From contig CAXHJY010000093.1 in the NCBI GenBank assembly GCA_964016885.1, forward strand, positions 1 to 64,000: a stretch of DNA of 64,000 bases, in the 5' to 3' direction. Positions 42,181 through 55,326 of the stretch are shown piece after piece; positions within the stretch are counted from its first letter, which is position 1; the number at the start of each line of letters is the position of its first letter. This DNA comes from Eledone cirrhosa (lineage: Eukaryota). The notes beneath the pieces were generated by a model. The model was not told where the DNA came from and did no database searches. It saw only the letters and a list, made by a program, of their open reading frames with translations. Made by a program: the position numbers and the translations under genes.

Positions 42181-43399
42181 CACACACACACACACAACTC
42201 CACTGCAATCTCTACAACTGCCAAACTTACCTTTTACACAGTTGGGGAGTGATTTCCAAATAAATTTGTAAGAATGCTGGAAGGTGGTGGTTAATTGAAT
42301 TCTGATGATAGTGGAGCAGTGTAGTGGTTGTATTGATTGGTTTAGATTGTATAGCAGCAGGTGAGGTGAGGTGGTGGTGAGCAGGGGATGTGGGGTGAGG
42401 TGAGTGGTAGTGGTGGTGGTGGTGAGCAGGTGGGGTGAGTGGTATGGTAGTGGTGGTGGTGGGGGTTAGAACCATTGGTCATTTAGATTAAGCTGCTCCC
42501 TTGTAGGGGTGTGATTTTCAACCCCTGTCCACTGTAATAGAGGATTAGATAAGGGCTGTCCCCTCTCTATCTCTCTCTCCCTGCCTTCTTTTCCCCATCC
42601 AACTGAATAATCTGTCCCCAATGGCCACTGTCCCAAATGAAACCTGACAACATCAGAGCCAATTTTAGTTTTTATCTAGACTTATATTAAAATATTAAGA
42701 TTAGTGGTGGCGGTGGCGGCGGCGGTGGTGGTGATGGTGATGGTGGTGGTGGTGGTGGTGATGGTGGCGGCGGTGGTGGTGATGACAATAATAATGATGA
42801 TTATTAGTAGCAGAGGAGTGACAGATATCTAAATATCTAGACTTGACTGTCAGCTTTCTTTTCATGCCAGTCTCTGAAGAGACGAGACCTAGAGACCTCT
42901 GGTGTCCCCAGTCACTGAAGAGACGAGACCTCTGGTGTCCCCAGCCACTGAAGAGACGAGACCTCTGGTGTCCCCAGTCACTGAACTGTCATTTTCTTCA
43001 GCAACATTATGAGGAGTGCATCTCACCAACATGTTAAGAGATAATGCTGCAAATCTTCACAACAATATGTCTACTAGTAAAAATACTATAACCATTTGAA
43101 TTAACAAACCTATTTTTAGATATTTTGTGCTAAATCATTACAGCATATTAAGAAACAAGTCACTTGCTGAACTTTTCATTATGAGTATATATATATCTAT
43201 CAAATAAAGTGTCCAGCCCTTGATTTAGATGATCCTTTGTTTTTATTTTATTTTTTGCCACACACCTACTGCAGGAAAACATAATGATGAAACACATGTT
43301 AATTTTACATATGACTTTTGAGTTAACTAACTGGCTTATTAACAAACATTACAACACCACTCTCAACCTATTACAATCACCACCATCATGGTGACTGAC

Positions 43400-43600
43400 C
43401 CCCAACCGAACAGGGGGATCCTATATGTGGTACCCTCGACCTCCTAGAAATAGCAGCTAAATCACCTTTACCTCAGGAAAGACACAATGGATAATGTAGT
43501 CCTGGATGTACAAAAGGATGGGATGGCCAAGATGAAAATAAAATGTCTTTGATCATAGGGCTGTTTAAACATGTTTGTGACTAAACAACAGCCACAACAC
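43400..43600 (+). repeat. Old dispersed repeat, probably a third SINE-like family
   Basis: The motif ctagaaatagcagctaaatc recurs in diverged form at 47431(+), 18940(-) and ~310-375(-). Confidence 0.4.
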
Positions 43601-44949
43601 CACCACCATTTATGGCTAAACACCACCACCACCATCTGTGGCTAAATATTACCACCACCACCACCACAGTCTTTATACAAGGATAAAACTAGGAATCTGG
43701 CTTGGGGTATCTATCTCAACCATCTCCTCCCCCCTCTCTCACCATCTCCTCCTCCCTCTCTCACCATCTCCTCCTCCCTCTACCCTCTATGCTACCACTA
43801 AATGGCAAAGAAAAGTTAAATACGCCCCCCCCCCTCTTCTATATTATATCTATATTTATCTATTTATATGTTTACTGTGGAACCCTGAAAACCTTTATTC
43901 CCTTGTCCTTTCCATTTGACATTTATGTGATGGAGGGAGGGAGAGAGAGAAGGGAGTAGATGGAGGGAGAGGGAGGAGGGGGTAGCTGGAGGGAGAGAGA
44001 AGGGGTAGAGGGGGGGATAGAGAGAAAGGATGGTGTTAGCATTTGTTTATTTGGTTTGGTTTTAAGGCTGAGAGGGGTGTGTATGTGTGTGGTTATGTAG
44101 ACATGTGTGTGTGTCTGTGTGGTTATGTATGTGTATGTGTGTGTGTATGTGTGTTAGGAGTATCTTAGTCTCTGTTGAACTACACTGAGTCTGGTCTGAC
44201 CTTTTTGTTTGAAATGATCTGATGCCACCACCATCACCATCATTATCACAGCAGCCATCACACCACCATCAACACCACCATCATTATCACAGCCACCACC
44301 ATTTAAAATCACTACTATTGCTACAAGGTTGTTAATTACTCTCACCATTCTCATCATTATCATTACCACCACCACCACCACCACCACCACCATTACCACC
44401 ACTACCACCATTACCACCACCAGCACGTCATTAACACCAACAGAGTCAACAACTACCAAAGCAACAATCAATATATAGTACTTTGGTAGGGTCAAAAACA
44501 CATGCACCAGTTAAATTTCACTCCAGTTTTTTTTATTATCTATTAGTCAAGTACCTAACCAAATCCATTGGTTTGTTTAGGGACCAAATGGTTATTTAAT
44601 TGTCAAAGGAGAAGAGAAAAAAGGTGGAGTAACTGGGGCAAAGCTGAAGAGGGGTCATAAAGGTAAAAAGTCATTGAGAAGGTCACTGATTGTGACAAAA
44701 GAACTTTGACACTTAAATAACTATTTGGCTGCTAAACCAACCAACAAATAGATAGATTAGTTGTCTGACTAAATAATAACATTTGACCCCTGAAATGAAA
44801 GTCAACTGATGTGTGTGTGTGTGTAGGGGGGGGGGGTATTGGCAGCATGACGCCCCTAAGTTATATCTATTTCAACACAATTTCACATCAAGAATCTTGC
44901 ACACAAATCCAAATATGAAACAACATACATGTATAACATAACTCTTTAC

Positions 44950-45250
44950 ACCTAACCACTCTACCATTCTACCACTGTACCACTATAACCTAACCACTCT
45001 ACCATTCTACCACTGTACCACTATAACCTAACCACTCTACCATTCTACCACTGTACCACTATAACCTAACCACTCTACCATTCTACCACTGTACCACTAT
45101 AACCTAACCACTCTACCATTCTACCACTGTACCACTATAACCTAACCACTGTACCACTATAACCTGACCACTATGCCACTCTACCACTATACCACACCAT
45201 AACCACTATACCACACCCTAACCACTCTACCATTCTACCACTATACCACA
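44950..45250. repeat. 38-bp tandem repeat
   Basis: Unit cctaaccactctaccattctaccactgtaccactataa. Confidence 0.9.
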
Positions 45251-45411
45251 CTAAAACCATCTTCCCTCATTACCATCACCAGGTAAACCATTTAGCTTTA
45301 TTCCTTAGTGTGTGTTTTAAGTTAGGGGTGAGTGGGTGGGCAATAATGGTTATTCTACTGATGGCAGAAGTGTATATATATATATATATATATTATTATA
45401 TGTAATATTGA

Positions 45412-45600
45412 GTAGGATTGGCAGTATCGGTAGAGGGTCGGACGCCATGCTTTCCAGCATAGTTACGTCCCTTTACGATCTGAGTTCAAATCCCGCCGAG
45501 GTTGACTTTGCCTTTCATCCTTACGGGGTCGATAAAATAAAGTACCAGTAATGCACTGGGTAATTTGCTGGCCTTGTGCCTAAAGTAGAAACAATTATTA
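45412..45600 (+). mobile_element. SINE family 1, full length (a second, truncated copy is at 45752-45851)
   Basis: Head, B box, core and tail. Further partial copies at 25214-25282(-), 36975-37045(+), 47785-47935(-), 52635-52720(+) and 63887-63972(-). Confidence 0.9.
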
Positions 45601-46619
45601 TATGTAATAATATATATAGTTAGTTAGACCTTAATAAGCCTTAATAAAGTGATTTTCACACACAGGCTTGTTATGGGTGTTAAAATAATGCAGTTATGTA
45701 TTTACTCAAATGTGTGTGCCAAGAAAGAAAGAGAGTACTCAATATATGTAGAGGATAACTTTGCCTTTCATCCTTACGGGGTCGATAAAATAAAGTACCA
45801 GTAATGCACTGGGATAATTGCTGGCCTTGTGCCAAAAGTAGAAACAATTATTTAGTTTATTTAGTGTGTGTGGACTGGTCCCAGGTGGTTTGGTATCTAA
45901 GGGGTTAATTCACCTACTAAACTTATCCAGTACCAATAAGAAATAAAATGATTTTAGTTGAAACATCTGAAATGGTGTCAAAAGTTCAAAATTGTTAAAA
46001 GCTAATGATAGCAACAGAACCAGGTGGCTGGCTGTCTGCTCTCCCCTCTTCCCCCATAACACACACTTATAACATTTGGCCACCATAGGAACTGTTAGTA
46101 GTTAGGGGAGTTTATTCTGTATGTATGACTGTGTGTATAGATATTTGTGTCATGAAGGAAGACAAATATAGGTCTGTATCAACCCCAAACTAGTCGAGCC
46201 CTTTTTTACCATATTTCTAATGAAAGGCACTGCTTATAATTTCTTTTTATGTAATCAAGAAGTTGGAGGATTTAGTGATGTAACTAACCTTCTCATTATT
46301 AAATTATCTTAATGATAGGGACCCCAGTCTTATGTTGTTATAGCCACACCTATGTAGGTTCAGCAGGTCCTCTACAAGGTTTTATCTCATAGGGGGTTTC
46401 TCAGGTGTTTTAATGAAGGGAGATTTAGTGATCTAACTAACCTTCTCATTATTGAGTCGATGTTTGGAACATATCTTAACAATGGTTCTTGCATAAAATT
46501 TATGGTGGAAAGTGTTTGTATATAAATATAATTACTTTAAAACAAACAGTTTTGTATCTAAGAACCAAGGACCCAGTTTCAGACAGAAAAGGGTCCAAGC
46601 AATTATCCCCTTCCCTTAA

Positions 46620-47056
46620 CCCTTTAGCATTTAAACCAGCCATATCCGGCCAGAATTGTCTCATCCCTTTCTGTTCAAGCCAGCCGTAACTGGTCACTCA
46701 TACTGATGTTAAGAAATTGTTCTCAAAATAAATAATACCAAAATCTCATAGATTCGAAACTATGTGAGATAATTATATGAGATAAAGCCTTTACCATGAA
46801 AATACAATAGTAGATATAGAGTAATGTAAATGTTATGTGAGGTATTATATGAGATAAAGCCTTTACCATGAAAATACAATAGTAGATGTAGAGTAATGTA
46901 AATGTTATGTGAGGTATTATATGAGATAAAGCCTTTACCATGAAAATACAATAGTAGATGTAGAGTAATGTAAATGTTATGTGAGGTATTATATGAGATA
47001 AAGCCTTTACCATGAAAATACAATAGTAGATATAGAGTAATGTAAATGCTAAAGGG
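46620..47056 (-). mobile_element. piggyBac-type MITE family A with an internal 4 x 72-bp tandem expansion
   Basis: Reverse complement of family A. Period is 72 (GATAAAGC at 46781, 46853, 46925, 46997). Confidence 0.85.
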
Positions 47057-49345
47057 TTAGACATGGAACACATTTACAAATATATATTTTGCTGGGGTCT
47101 CCTCTGCCTCATTTTAATAAGGCTTAGTCATTATGCTGATAATTATTTGTTTTGTTTTTTTCATTTCACTCCAGGTGTGATTTTAATTAAAATTTTTGTC
47201 TCACTATGTTAACTACATTACCAACCACTCAACTATATTTTCTCATGCAGAAGGCATCACTGGGTAGCTCCACCCCTCCCTTCTCCTTACCATTTTTCTT
47301 TCTTATTCAGCTTGCCTACCTTCATCCATATTTTTGCATAATTTCCATGTCTTATAGTCTCACCTCCCCCACGACTGCTGTGATTGAACAAACCTTTAAT
47401 AGGATAACTCTATATAATCTCTTAGAGTCTGCTAGAAATAACAGCCAATTTCCTCTTTCAACCCTCCCCCTATCCCTTTTGTTACCATATTTCTAATGAA
47501 ATCCACTGCTTTTGAATTAATTAATGAAGAATTTGGAGGGTTTTGCTGAAATTATTATTTTGTTATTTAAATGGAATTTGTAACATAACAAAAAGATTTT
47601 TACATCAAATTTAATTAGGAACCATTTAAAAGGGCTATGGACAAAAATATTGAAGAATTTGGCATACAGCATGTCTTGGACGTTTTTAAAACCTGGTGGA
47701 TGCCATCTCCTCTTCACATCTGAACACTGCAGGTTTCTTCTAGAGAAGGATAAAGAGAGTGACAGAAAGAGATATAGAGAGGCAGAATCGACCCCAGTAC
47801 AAGACTGGTACTTTTGTATCGGCCTTGAAAGGATGAAAAGCAAAGTTGACCTCGGCAGGATCTGAACTCAGAGAATGGAGAACCAGACACATTTTATTCG
47901 ATGTTGTAACGACTCTGGCAGTTTGCTGCCTTTGTCTCCACGTGTGATGTATGTTAATAGAGACATTTCTATTTAGTTAGGAATTTAGTCTGTGTACGTG
48001 ACTGGCTGTCAGATGAAGCCATACCCGCAGGCTAAGAATTTTTAAATGGCTTCGGAATTGTTTTCCTTTATTTCTTCTTTCATCTCTGATAATGAAACTA
48101 TTAATTAATTTCTGATAATAATCAAAGAGGTTTACCAAGCTTGTAAAATGGTGTAGTGAGTGGCTGACCGATTGGACAACTAGTTAAAAGTTCATCATTT
48201 CATAAATTTGTCACTGATGTTACGTTATCTGTGCTCAATAAATGTAGAACTCAATACAAGGTTTGGTACTGAGTATCTACAGAAAACAGTATAATCTCTA
48301 TTTCAGCTAAGTTAGTTAACCCGTTTCTCATTATATACACATAGATGTTTTTGTAGGGCAATAAACACACACAGACACACACACACTTCACACTGAACAT
48401 ATATACCCTGTATGGTGGTTGGTGATAGGAAGGACATCTAGTTGTAGAAATTATGTCGAAAAAAAAGGAGAGAACTCTTCGTGTCAAGGGGTCAACCACC
48501 TTTTGAGTGTTGGTGACATAATAAAAGATAACTGATATATTCTATAAAGAGTGAGAATGTGTAAGCGGGATGCACCCCCCCCCCCCGGGTCTACCCGAGG
48601 GGTCAGTAGTCTTGGCTATTTACTGACTTGGCCTGAAACGATCTTTCCAGCCTTTGCTTACAAGGAAAATGGACATGAAATGATGTTGATGATGATGATG
48701 CTGATGATACCCCCGCCCCTCACACACACGCACACCAACTGATTGCTTTAAACAAGCCATAATGAGTGGCTGTCTAAATGAGTTATCTGTCATGTTAGCT
48801 TTGCTTTAATTATCTTGTTTCCTCCTCAATACATTTTAATTAAGATCCACAAAGATTTATAATTAATATAAACATTCCAACTGCCCACTTTGATCCAGTT
48901 ATAGATACCATACTAAAACTTAATTTAATTTCTAGTGGTTGTAATGTTCTCAGAGATGAGCTGCTATAGATCTCATTTGCCATTCTTCTACCATTGTCTA
49001 ACTTGAAAGATCTTATAATTGGACATTTTCAAAGAGGAGCTACACTTTCTTAAACCATGAGAGGAAAAAAACTGCCTTTCTCTCCCCAACTAAGTGGCTA
49101 AAAATAACAATAACAATAACAACAAAACTGCAACAGGAAGAAATAGTCCAGTTCAGTCCAGCCCAATCCAGTTCAGTCCAGTCCAGTTCATTCTCTGTAA
49201 TACCATGATATCGATATATCATCATCATCATTTTATGACGATGTCTCCACGCTAGCATGGGTTAGATGAGTTGTCCTGTTGTGGGCAGTGCCAGGTCAGG
49301 CAACCGTGCCTTGCTCATATATATATATATATATATATATGAATA

Positions 49346-49385
<40 letters not shown>

Positions 49386-49541
49386 TAGATGTATATAGAT
49401 GTATATATATATATATATATATATATGAATAGATGTATATATATATATATATATATATATGAATAGATGTATATAGATGTATATATATATATATATATAT
49501 ATGAATAGATGTATATATATATATATATATATATATGAATA

Positions 49542-49579
<38 letters not shown>

Positions 49580-49581
49580 TA

Positions 49582-49625
<44 letters not shown>

Positions 49626-49627
49626 TA

Positions 49628-49658
<31 letters not shown>

Positions 49659-49698
49659 GAATAGATGTATATATATATATATATATATATGTGTGTAA

Positions 49699-49756
<58 letters not shown>

Positions 49757-49814
49757 ATGTATGTATGTAAAGATATATATATAAATATATATATACACAT
49801 ATATATATATATAT

Positions 49815-50002
49815 ATAGTGAAATAAAATAACAAGGACGATTGGTTACTTCTTCATTACGTTTACTGGTTGGTGACACGCGTTTCACCACTGATCAGCTC
49901 AAGGTTGGATCTGTATCGATCTGACCCGACTCTGTAATCCACGGCTCGTCAGACCCCTCGTAATGTAAAAATGAATATACTCCAAGTTACACTCCCTGGA
50001 TA
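49815..50002 (-). mobile_element. Penelope-like element, family 2, with a hammerhead-like motif (49862-49963) that has an extended stem II
   Basis: Minus strand reads ggt-CTGACGA-gccg...tggt-GAAAC-gcgt-GTC-acc. The terminus TATCCAGGGAGTGTAACTTGGAG and the 3' part are shared with 53414-53617. Confidence 0.6.
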
Positions 50003-50029
50003 TATACATATTATATATATATATATAAT

Positions 50030-50389
50030 ATATTCAATGATATTAATAAATGGAAACTATATTTATAAAACCATATTTATGCTATTATATATATTTCAAG
50101 GATACCAACATTTTGGTACGCTCTCTTCAGATAAAAATACGAAGTGTGTTTTATAAATTTTGACACAACCAAGGAGAATATACCTTAACGGTTCAAGTTA
50201 TCCTTGAGCGTACCAAAATTTTGGTACCCTTGAAATATATATAATAGAATAAATATGGTTTTATAGATATAGTTTCCATTTATTTAATATCATTGTATAT
50301 ATTATACTCCAGAAAACTTGTAGAGTGCTCTAAATCAGTTATAAACAATTATATTTGTTGAATTACCAACAAATTGAATATCCCTTCTA

Positions 50390-50392
<3 letters not shown>
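50030..50392 (-). mobile_element. Hammerhead-bearing Penelope-like element, family 3, with ~95-bp inverted repeat and AGCACTC hairpin
   Basis: 50030-50123 is inverted at 50206-50300. Hairpin motif at 50305-50329. TA-rich or (TA)n flanks. Confidence 0.75.
50078..50138 (-). ncRNA. Minimal type-I hammerhead ribozyme
   Basis: Minus strand reads tattttat-CTGAAGA-gagcgtaccaa-aatg-ttggtatcctt-GAAA-tatata-TA-atagcata. Stem III is the palindrome ATATATAT. Confidence 0.75.
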
Positions 50393-50449
<57 letters not shown>

Positions 50450-50490
50450 ATACATATATATATATATTGTATACATATATATATATATTG

Positions 50491-50586
<96 letters not shown>

Positions 50587-51904
50587 CGTCTAAGCCATGC
50601 TAGCGTGGAAAATGGACGTTAAACGAAGATGATGATGATGATATATATATACAAAATTTAGTACAGCATCAACGAAGCCCTGGTTGCAGCCAAGCTAACG
50701 AATGCAGTCTCGGTGTGCAGCTAAGCACTCAATAGGGGTATATAACCCTAGAGTTACGTTTAGACAGCTTTGCAAAATGAAGACAGCGACCGATAGAAGG
50801 GCCGCAGTGACCATAGCAACGAAAAAGACTGAACTCAGGAATGTTTCTATATAAGACAAAGACAGAACATTATATCTGACTAGACATAAAGTTGTTGTTG
50901 ATGGTGTAGTAGTCTCTCTCTCTCTCTTACTAACTCTCCCTCTGTCTATTACCTGTTACCCTCTATCTATCTCTCTCTCTCTCTCTCTCTTACTAACTCT
51001 CTCGCTGTCTATTACCTGTTACCCTCTATCTGTCTCTCTCTCTCTCTCTATTCCTGTTTCCCCTGGACTGACTGAGGGACATATGAAGGGGACACATATG
51101 AAGGGGTGGATGGGTGCATGTATAAACCAAAAAAAAAATCCTCATCCTCCTCCTCATCGGCTATATCGTCACCATTATCACCATTATCATCATTATCATC
51201 ATTATCATCATTATCATCAGCATTGTCATCATAGTTCTGCTTGCTGTCATTGTCTACATGCGTGAGTGTGTTCATGTCAGTGTGTTTGTGTGTGTGTGTA
51301 CATTTATGTGTGTTCGTGTCAGTGCATGTGTAGAGACACACAACACAGAGAGGGGGGGGCGTATGTGATTGTGAGAGAGAGAGAGAGGGAGATGTATGTG
51401 ATTGTGAGAGAGAGAGGGAGATGTATGTGATTGTGAGAGAGAGAGGGGGTGTATGTGATTGTGAGAGAGAGGGAGATGTATGTGATTGTGAGAGAGAGGG
51501 AGAGAGAGATGTATGTGATTGTGAGAGAGAGGGAGAGAGAGATGTATGTGATTGTGAGAGAGAGAGGGAGAGAGAGATGTATGTGTGTATTGGCAGTTTT
51601 TAAACAGTAAAGTCAACATGAAACAAACAGTTTGCTTTATACACACACACACATACATACACATATACAAACATACACACAAACGCACACATACACTCAC
51701 AAACAATCACTCAGAAACATACACATATATACACACACATAAACATAGACATACAGATATATACACAAACACACACACACACACATATATATATATACAC
51801 TCACATATACACACCCAGAGCACAGTTTAGAATATGTAAATATATTCACTGTTAAATCATAATTTATCTATCACTAAAAGGAAATTAGATTAAAAATTCA
51901 ATTT

Positions 51905-51960
<56 letters not shown>

Positions 51961-52294
51961 CATATGATATAATTATAAATTTATGAATTCATGCATATCT
52001 ATATATTTATGTATGCATATATATGCATTAGTATATGTATATAGTTATGAATACATGCATATGTATACATACATGTGTGTGTGTGTGTATATATATATAT
52101 ATACATACATACACTGGTATCTACCTGTCTATGGTAGCACCAATAACATTGTCAGAACTACTACCAAAGTAATAATTCCAATAAGATCAGGTGATGAGAG
52201 TTTAGTTTTTGTTTCTCTAGTAGACTTTCATTATATTGGATTCTGTAGATCATTCCATTGAGCTACAGAGTCATATATATATATATATATATAT

Positions 52295-52330
<36 letters not shown>

Positions 52331-52350
52331 TCATCATCATCATCATCATC

Positions 52351-52537
52351 ACGTGGTGGTGGAACAGTAAGGTGGAAGAGACAATCAAGGCCAAAAAGCA
52401 GGCTTGGAAAGTATGGCAGGATGGGGGAAGTAGAGAGCACTATCAAGTGGCCAGGAGAGAAGCTAGGAGACAAGTGTACCTTGCAAAAAGGGTAGCAGAG
52501 GATAGAAAGTTCAAGTATGTTATGCAACGTGAGGACC

Positions 52538-52540
<3 letters not shown>
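52351..52540 (+). mobile_element. Internal fragment of a related RTE LINE
   Basis: Translates as TWWWNSKVEETIKAKKQAWKVWQDGGSREHYQVARREARRQVYLAKR...QREDQ, collinear with WNSTVDKAIRDKRLAWKAWKKGGSREEYTATKREARRQVYLARR...RREDQ of the 12-14 kb copy. Confidence 0.85.
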
Positions 52541-52604
<64 letters not shown>

Positions 52605-52789
52605 CATTATATATATATATTTATATATATATATGCCTTTCATCCTTATGGGGTCGATAAAATAAAGTACCAGTAATACACTGGGTATTTGCTGGCCTTG
52701 TGCCTAACGTAGAAACAATTATGTATATATATTTATATATATATATACACATATATATTGTATTACACTCCCTGGATATATATATATAT

Positions 52790-52993
52790 ATAAATGGTTG
52801 TCTTGTTTTCACTCTTCATGTTCGATTTTTTGTGTCTTTACCCAGACCTTTTTTCTGGTTCTCCTTTGTGATCCTGTCTCTATCTGTACTCCCGAGGAAG
52901 GGCTTAAGCCCGACATGTTAAACTTTCTTTCCTCTTTCCAGTAGAACACATGAAACCAATAAGACTTTTGTACCTCTGTTTATTGTCTCCTTG

Positions 52994-52998
<5 letters not shown>
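52790..52998 (+). mobile_element. Degenerate Penelope-like fragment with a decayed hammerhead core at 52892-52920
   Basis: CCGAGGA-a-gggc-ttaa-gccc-GACA-tgtt resembles CTGANGA-stemII-GAAACGTT. The island lies between (TA)n tracts. Confidence 0.45.
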
Positions 52999-53049
<51 letters not shown>

Positions 53050-53055
<6 letters not shown>

Positions 53056-53383
53056 AGATCAGAAGATGGTTAAAAGAGTTCCATGTATTTTATTATGCGC
53101 ATTTCAAAAACAAATATCATGCAATAACATTTGCGTTTTCGTCAGATAAAATAGGGAGACATGATATGAAGGTTAAAACACACTTGTGAATAGTGCAGTT
53201 TTAAATCAACAAATGTTATTGCATGATGATATTTGTTTTTGAAATGCGCATAATAAAATACATGGAACTCTTTTAACCATCTTTTGATCTTATATATTAT
53301 TTATACTCCAGTCCTACAAACTGTAGAGTGCTACTTATCCGATATCTGCATTGCTTTATTGTACTATAATAAAACTCACCTCC

Positions 53384-53387
<4 letters not shown>
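53050..53387 (-). mobile_element. Hammerhead-bearing Penelope-like element, family 1, with partial inverted repeat and AGCACTC hairpin
   Basis: Arm 53050-53133 is the reverse complement of 53210-53300. Hairpin motif at 53304-53332. (TA)n on both sides. Confidence 0.8.
53086..53153 (-). ncRNA. Minimal type-I hammerhead ribozyme
   Basis: Minus strand reads tattttat-CTGACGA-aaacgcaaatgttat...atgatatttgttttt-GAAA-tgcgca-TA-ataaaata, with a perfect 8-bp stem I. Confidence 0.8.
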
Positions 53388-53413
<26 letters not shown>

Positions 53414-53418
<5 letters not shown>

Positions 53419-53611
53419 AGGGAGTGTAACTTGGAGATACAGTAGGTTACCCGGCTGAGCACTTGATGTTTAGGTTTACTTCTGTGTCGAGGTGTAGAGC
53501 TAGACTGAGTGTATTATAGTAAAATAAAATAAAAGGACGACGAGTGGTGACGAAACGCGCAACACCAACTAATAAACGTAATGAAGGGGTAACCACTCAT
53601 ACTTGTTATTT

Positions 53612-53617
<6 letters not shown>
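53414..53617 (+). mobile_element. Penelope-like element, family 2 (rearranged copy, ribozyme truncated)
   Basis: Starts atccagggagtgtaacttggag. Contains GAAACGCG...aaacgtaatgaag...gtaacca...cttgttatttt matching the reverse complement of 49815-49890, plus a short inverted copy of its own end (53515-53540). (TA)n flanks. Confidence 0.65.
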
Positions 53618-53649
<32 letters not shown>

Positions 53650-53650
53650 A

Positions 53651-53987
53651 GTGGAGGCACATGGCTTAGTGGTTAGAGCATTGGCCTTGCAATCGAAAGG
53701 TTGTGAGTTCAATTCTCAGACCGGGTGATGTGTTGTTTCCTTGAGCAAGACACTTTATTTCACATTGCTCCAGTTTACTCAGCTGTAGAAATGAGATGAT
53801 AGGGACCCCAGTCCCTATCATTCCACTGCAAAGTGGTCGTGGAGGTGCCACGGCAAAAAAGCACCCATCACTCACTGTAAATGAGGTTGGTGTTAGGAAG
53901 GGCATCCAGCTGTAGAAATCAAGCCAGAATCAGTTCCCGTCCCACCCTTGCAAGCAGGGAAAAGCGGACGTAAAATGAAATGAATGA
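53651..53987 (+). mobile_element. tRNA-derived SINE family 2 with an RTE-derived 3' tail
   Basis: Collinear with 28208-28540. A head-only copy is at 25969-26085. Confidence 0.9.
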
Positions 53988-54534
53988 AAAATGATTATAT
54001 ATATATATATATATATATGTTGTCTTAATACCAGCGATCTTTGATCTTCTTCATTATTATATATTTTATATATATATATATATAATTGTGTGTTGAACAA
54101 TGAAAACAAAAAAGGTACCCTGTCTTGTCACTCAACTGTAAAATAAGACCCCTATTTTTATAAAAAGCAAACTTATGTACCTTACTGAGTGACACAAGAG
54201 GAGGGGTGTGAAGGAACAACTGTGGCCAACTGTGGTATATATCTTACTGAGTGACACAAGAGGAGGGTGGAGTAAAGTTGATCTAACAATGTTGTATATC
54301 TTACTAAGTGACCCAGGCCTACAATAGCAGGAGTGTCTAACATCTTTTATATTACAGTCAGTAGGTCAGTCAAGTTTCTTCCTCTTGTATTTTTACACAC
54401 CAAATGCACCTCCTACACACTTATTGCACTTTTTACACACCAAATGCACCTCCTACACACCTCTTTCACTTTTACTGAACATGAGACATACCCTGTTCTG
54501 CTTTCTAAAATTGTTTGTGATAAGGAAGGTATAT

Positions 54535-54657
<123 letters not shown>

Positions 54658-55326
54658 GTACACACATACATATATATATCCTGCCAAGTTGGCTCCATGA
54701 ATGCAGAGATTGGTTGGAGGAAATAACACAAGTGCACACACACACCACACACACACCACACACACCACACACACCACACACCACACACACCACACACACC
54801 ACACACACCACACACACACCACACACACCACACACACCACACACACCACACACCACACACACCACACACACACACACACACACCACACACACACCACACA
54901 CACCACACACACACCACACACACCACACACACACCACACACACCACACACCACACACACACACACCACACACACCACACACACACACCACACACACCACA
55001 CACACCACACACACCACACACCACACACACCACACACCACACACACACCACACACACACCACACACACACCACACACACACCACACACACACACCACACA
55101 CACCACACACCACACACACCACACAACATACACACAAACAGGCTGACATGAAAACAATTGCATGCTCTTGTGCACACACACACACACAGACACAGACATA
55201 GAGCCAAAGATACAGATTTACCATACACACACATCCACATATTCTCATACAGTAGACATACTACTAACGCCATCTACCTAGAAGATATTTACACACTAAC
55301 ATTATCTAGACACATCTATAACAGCG

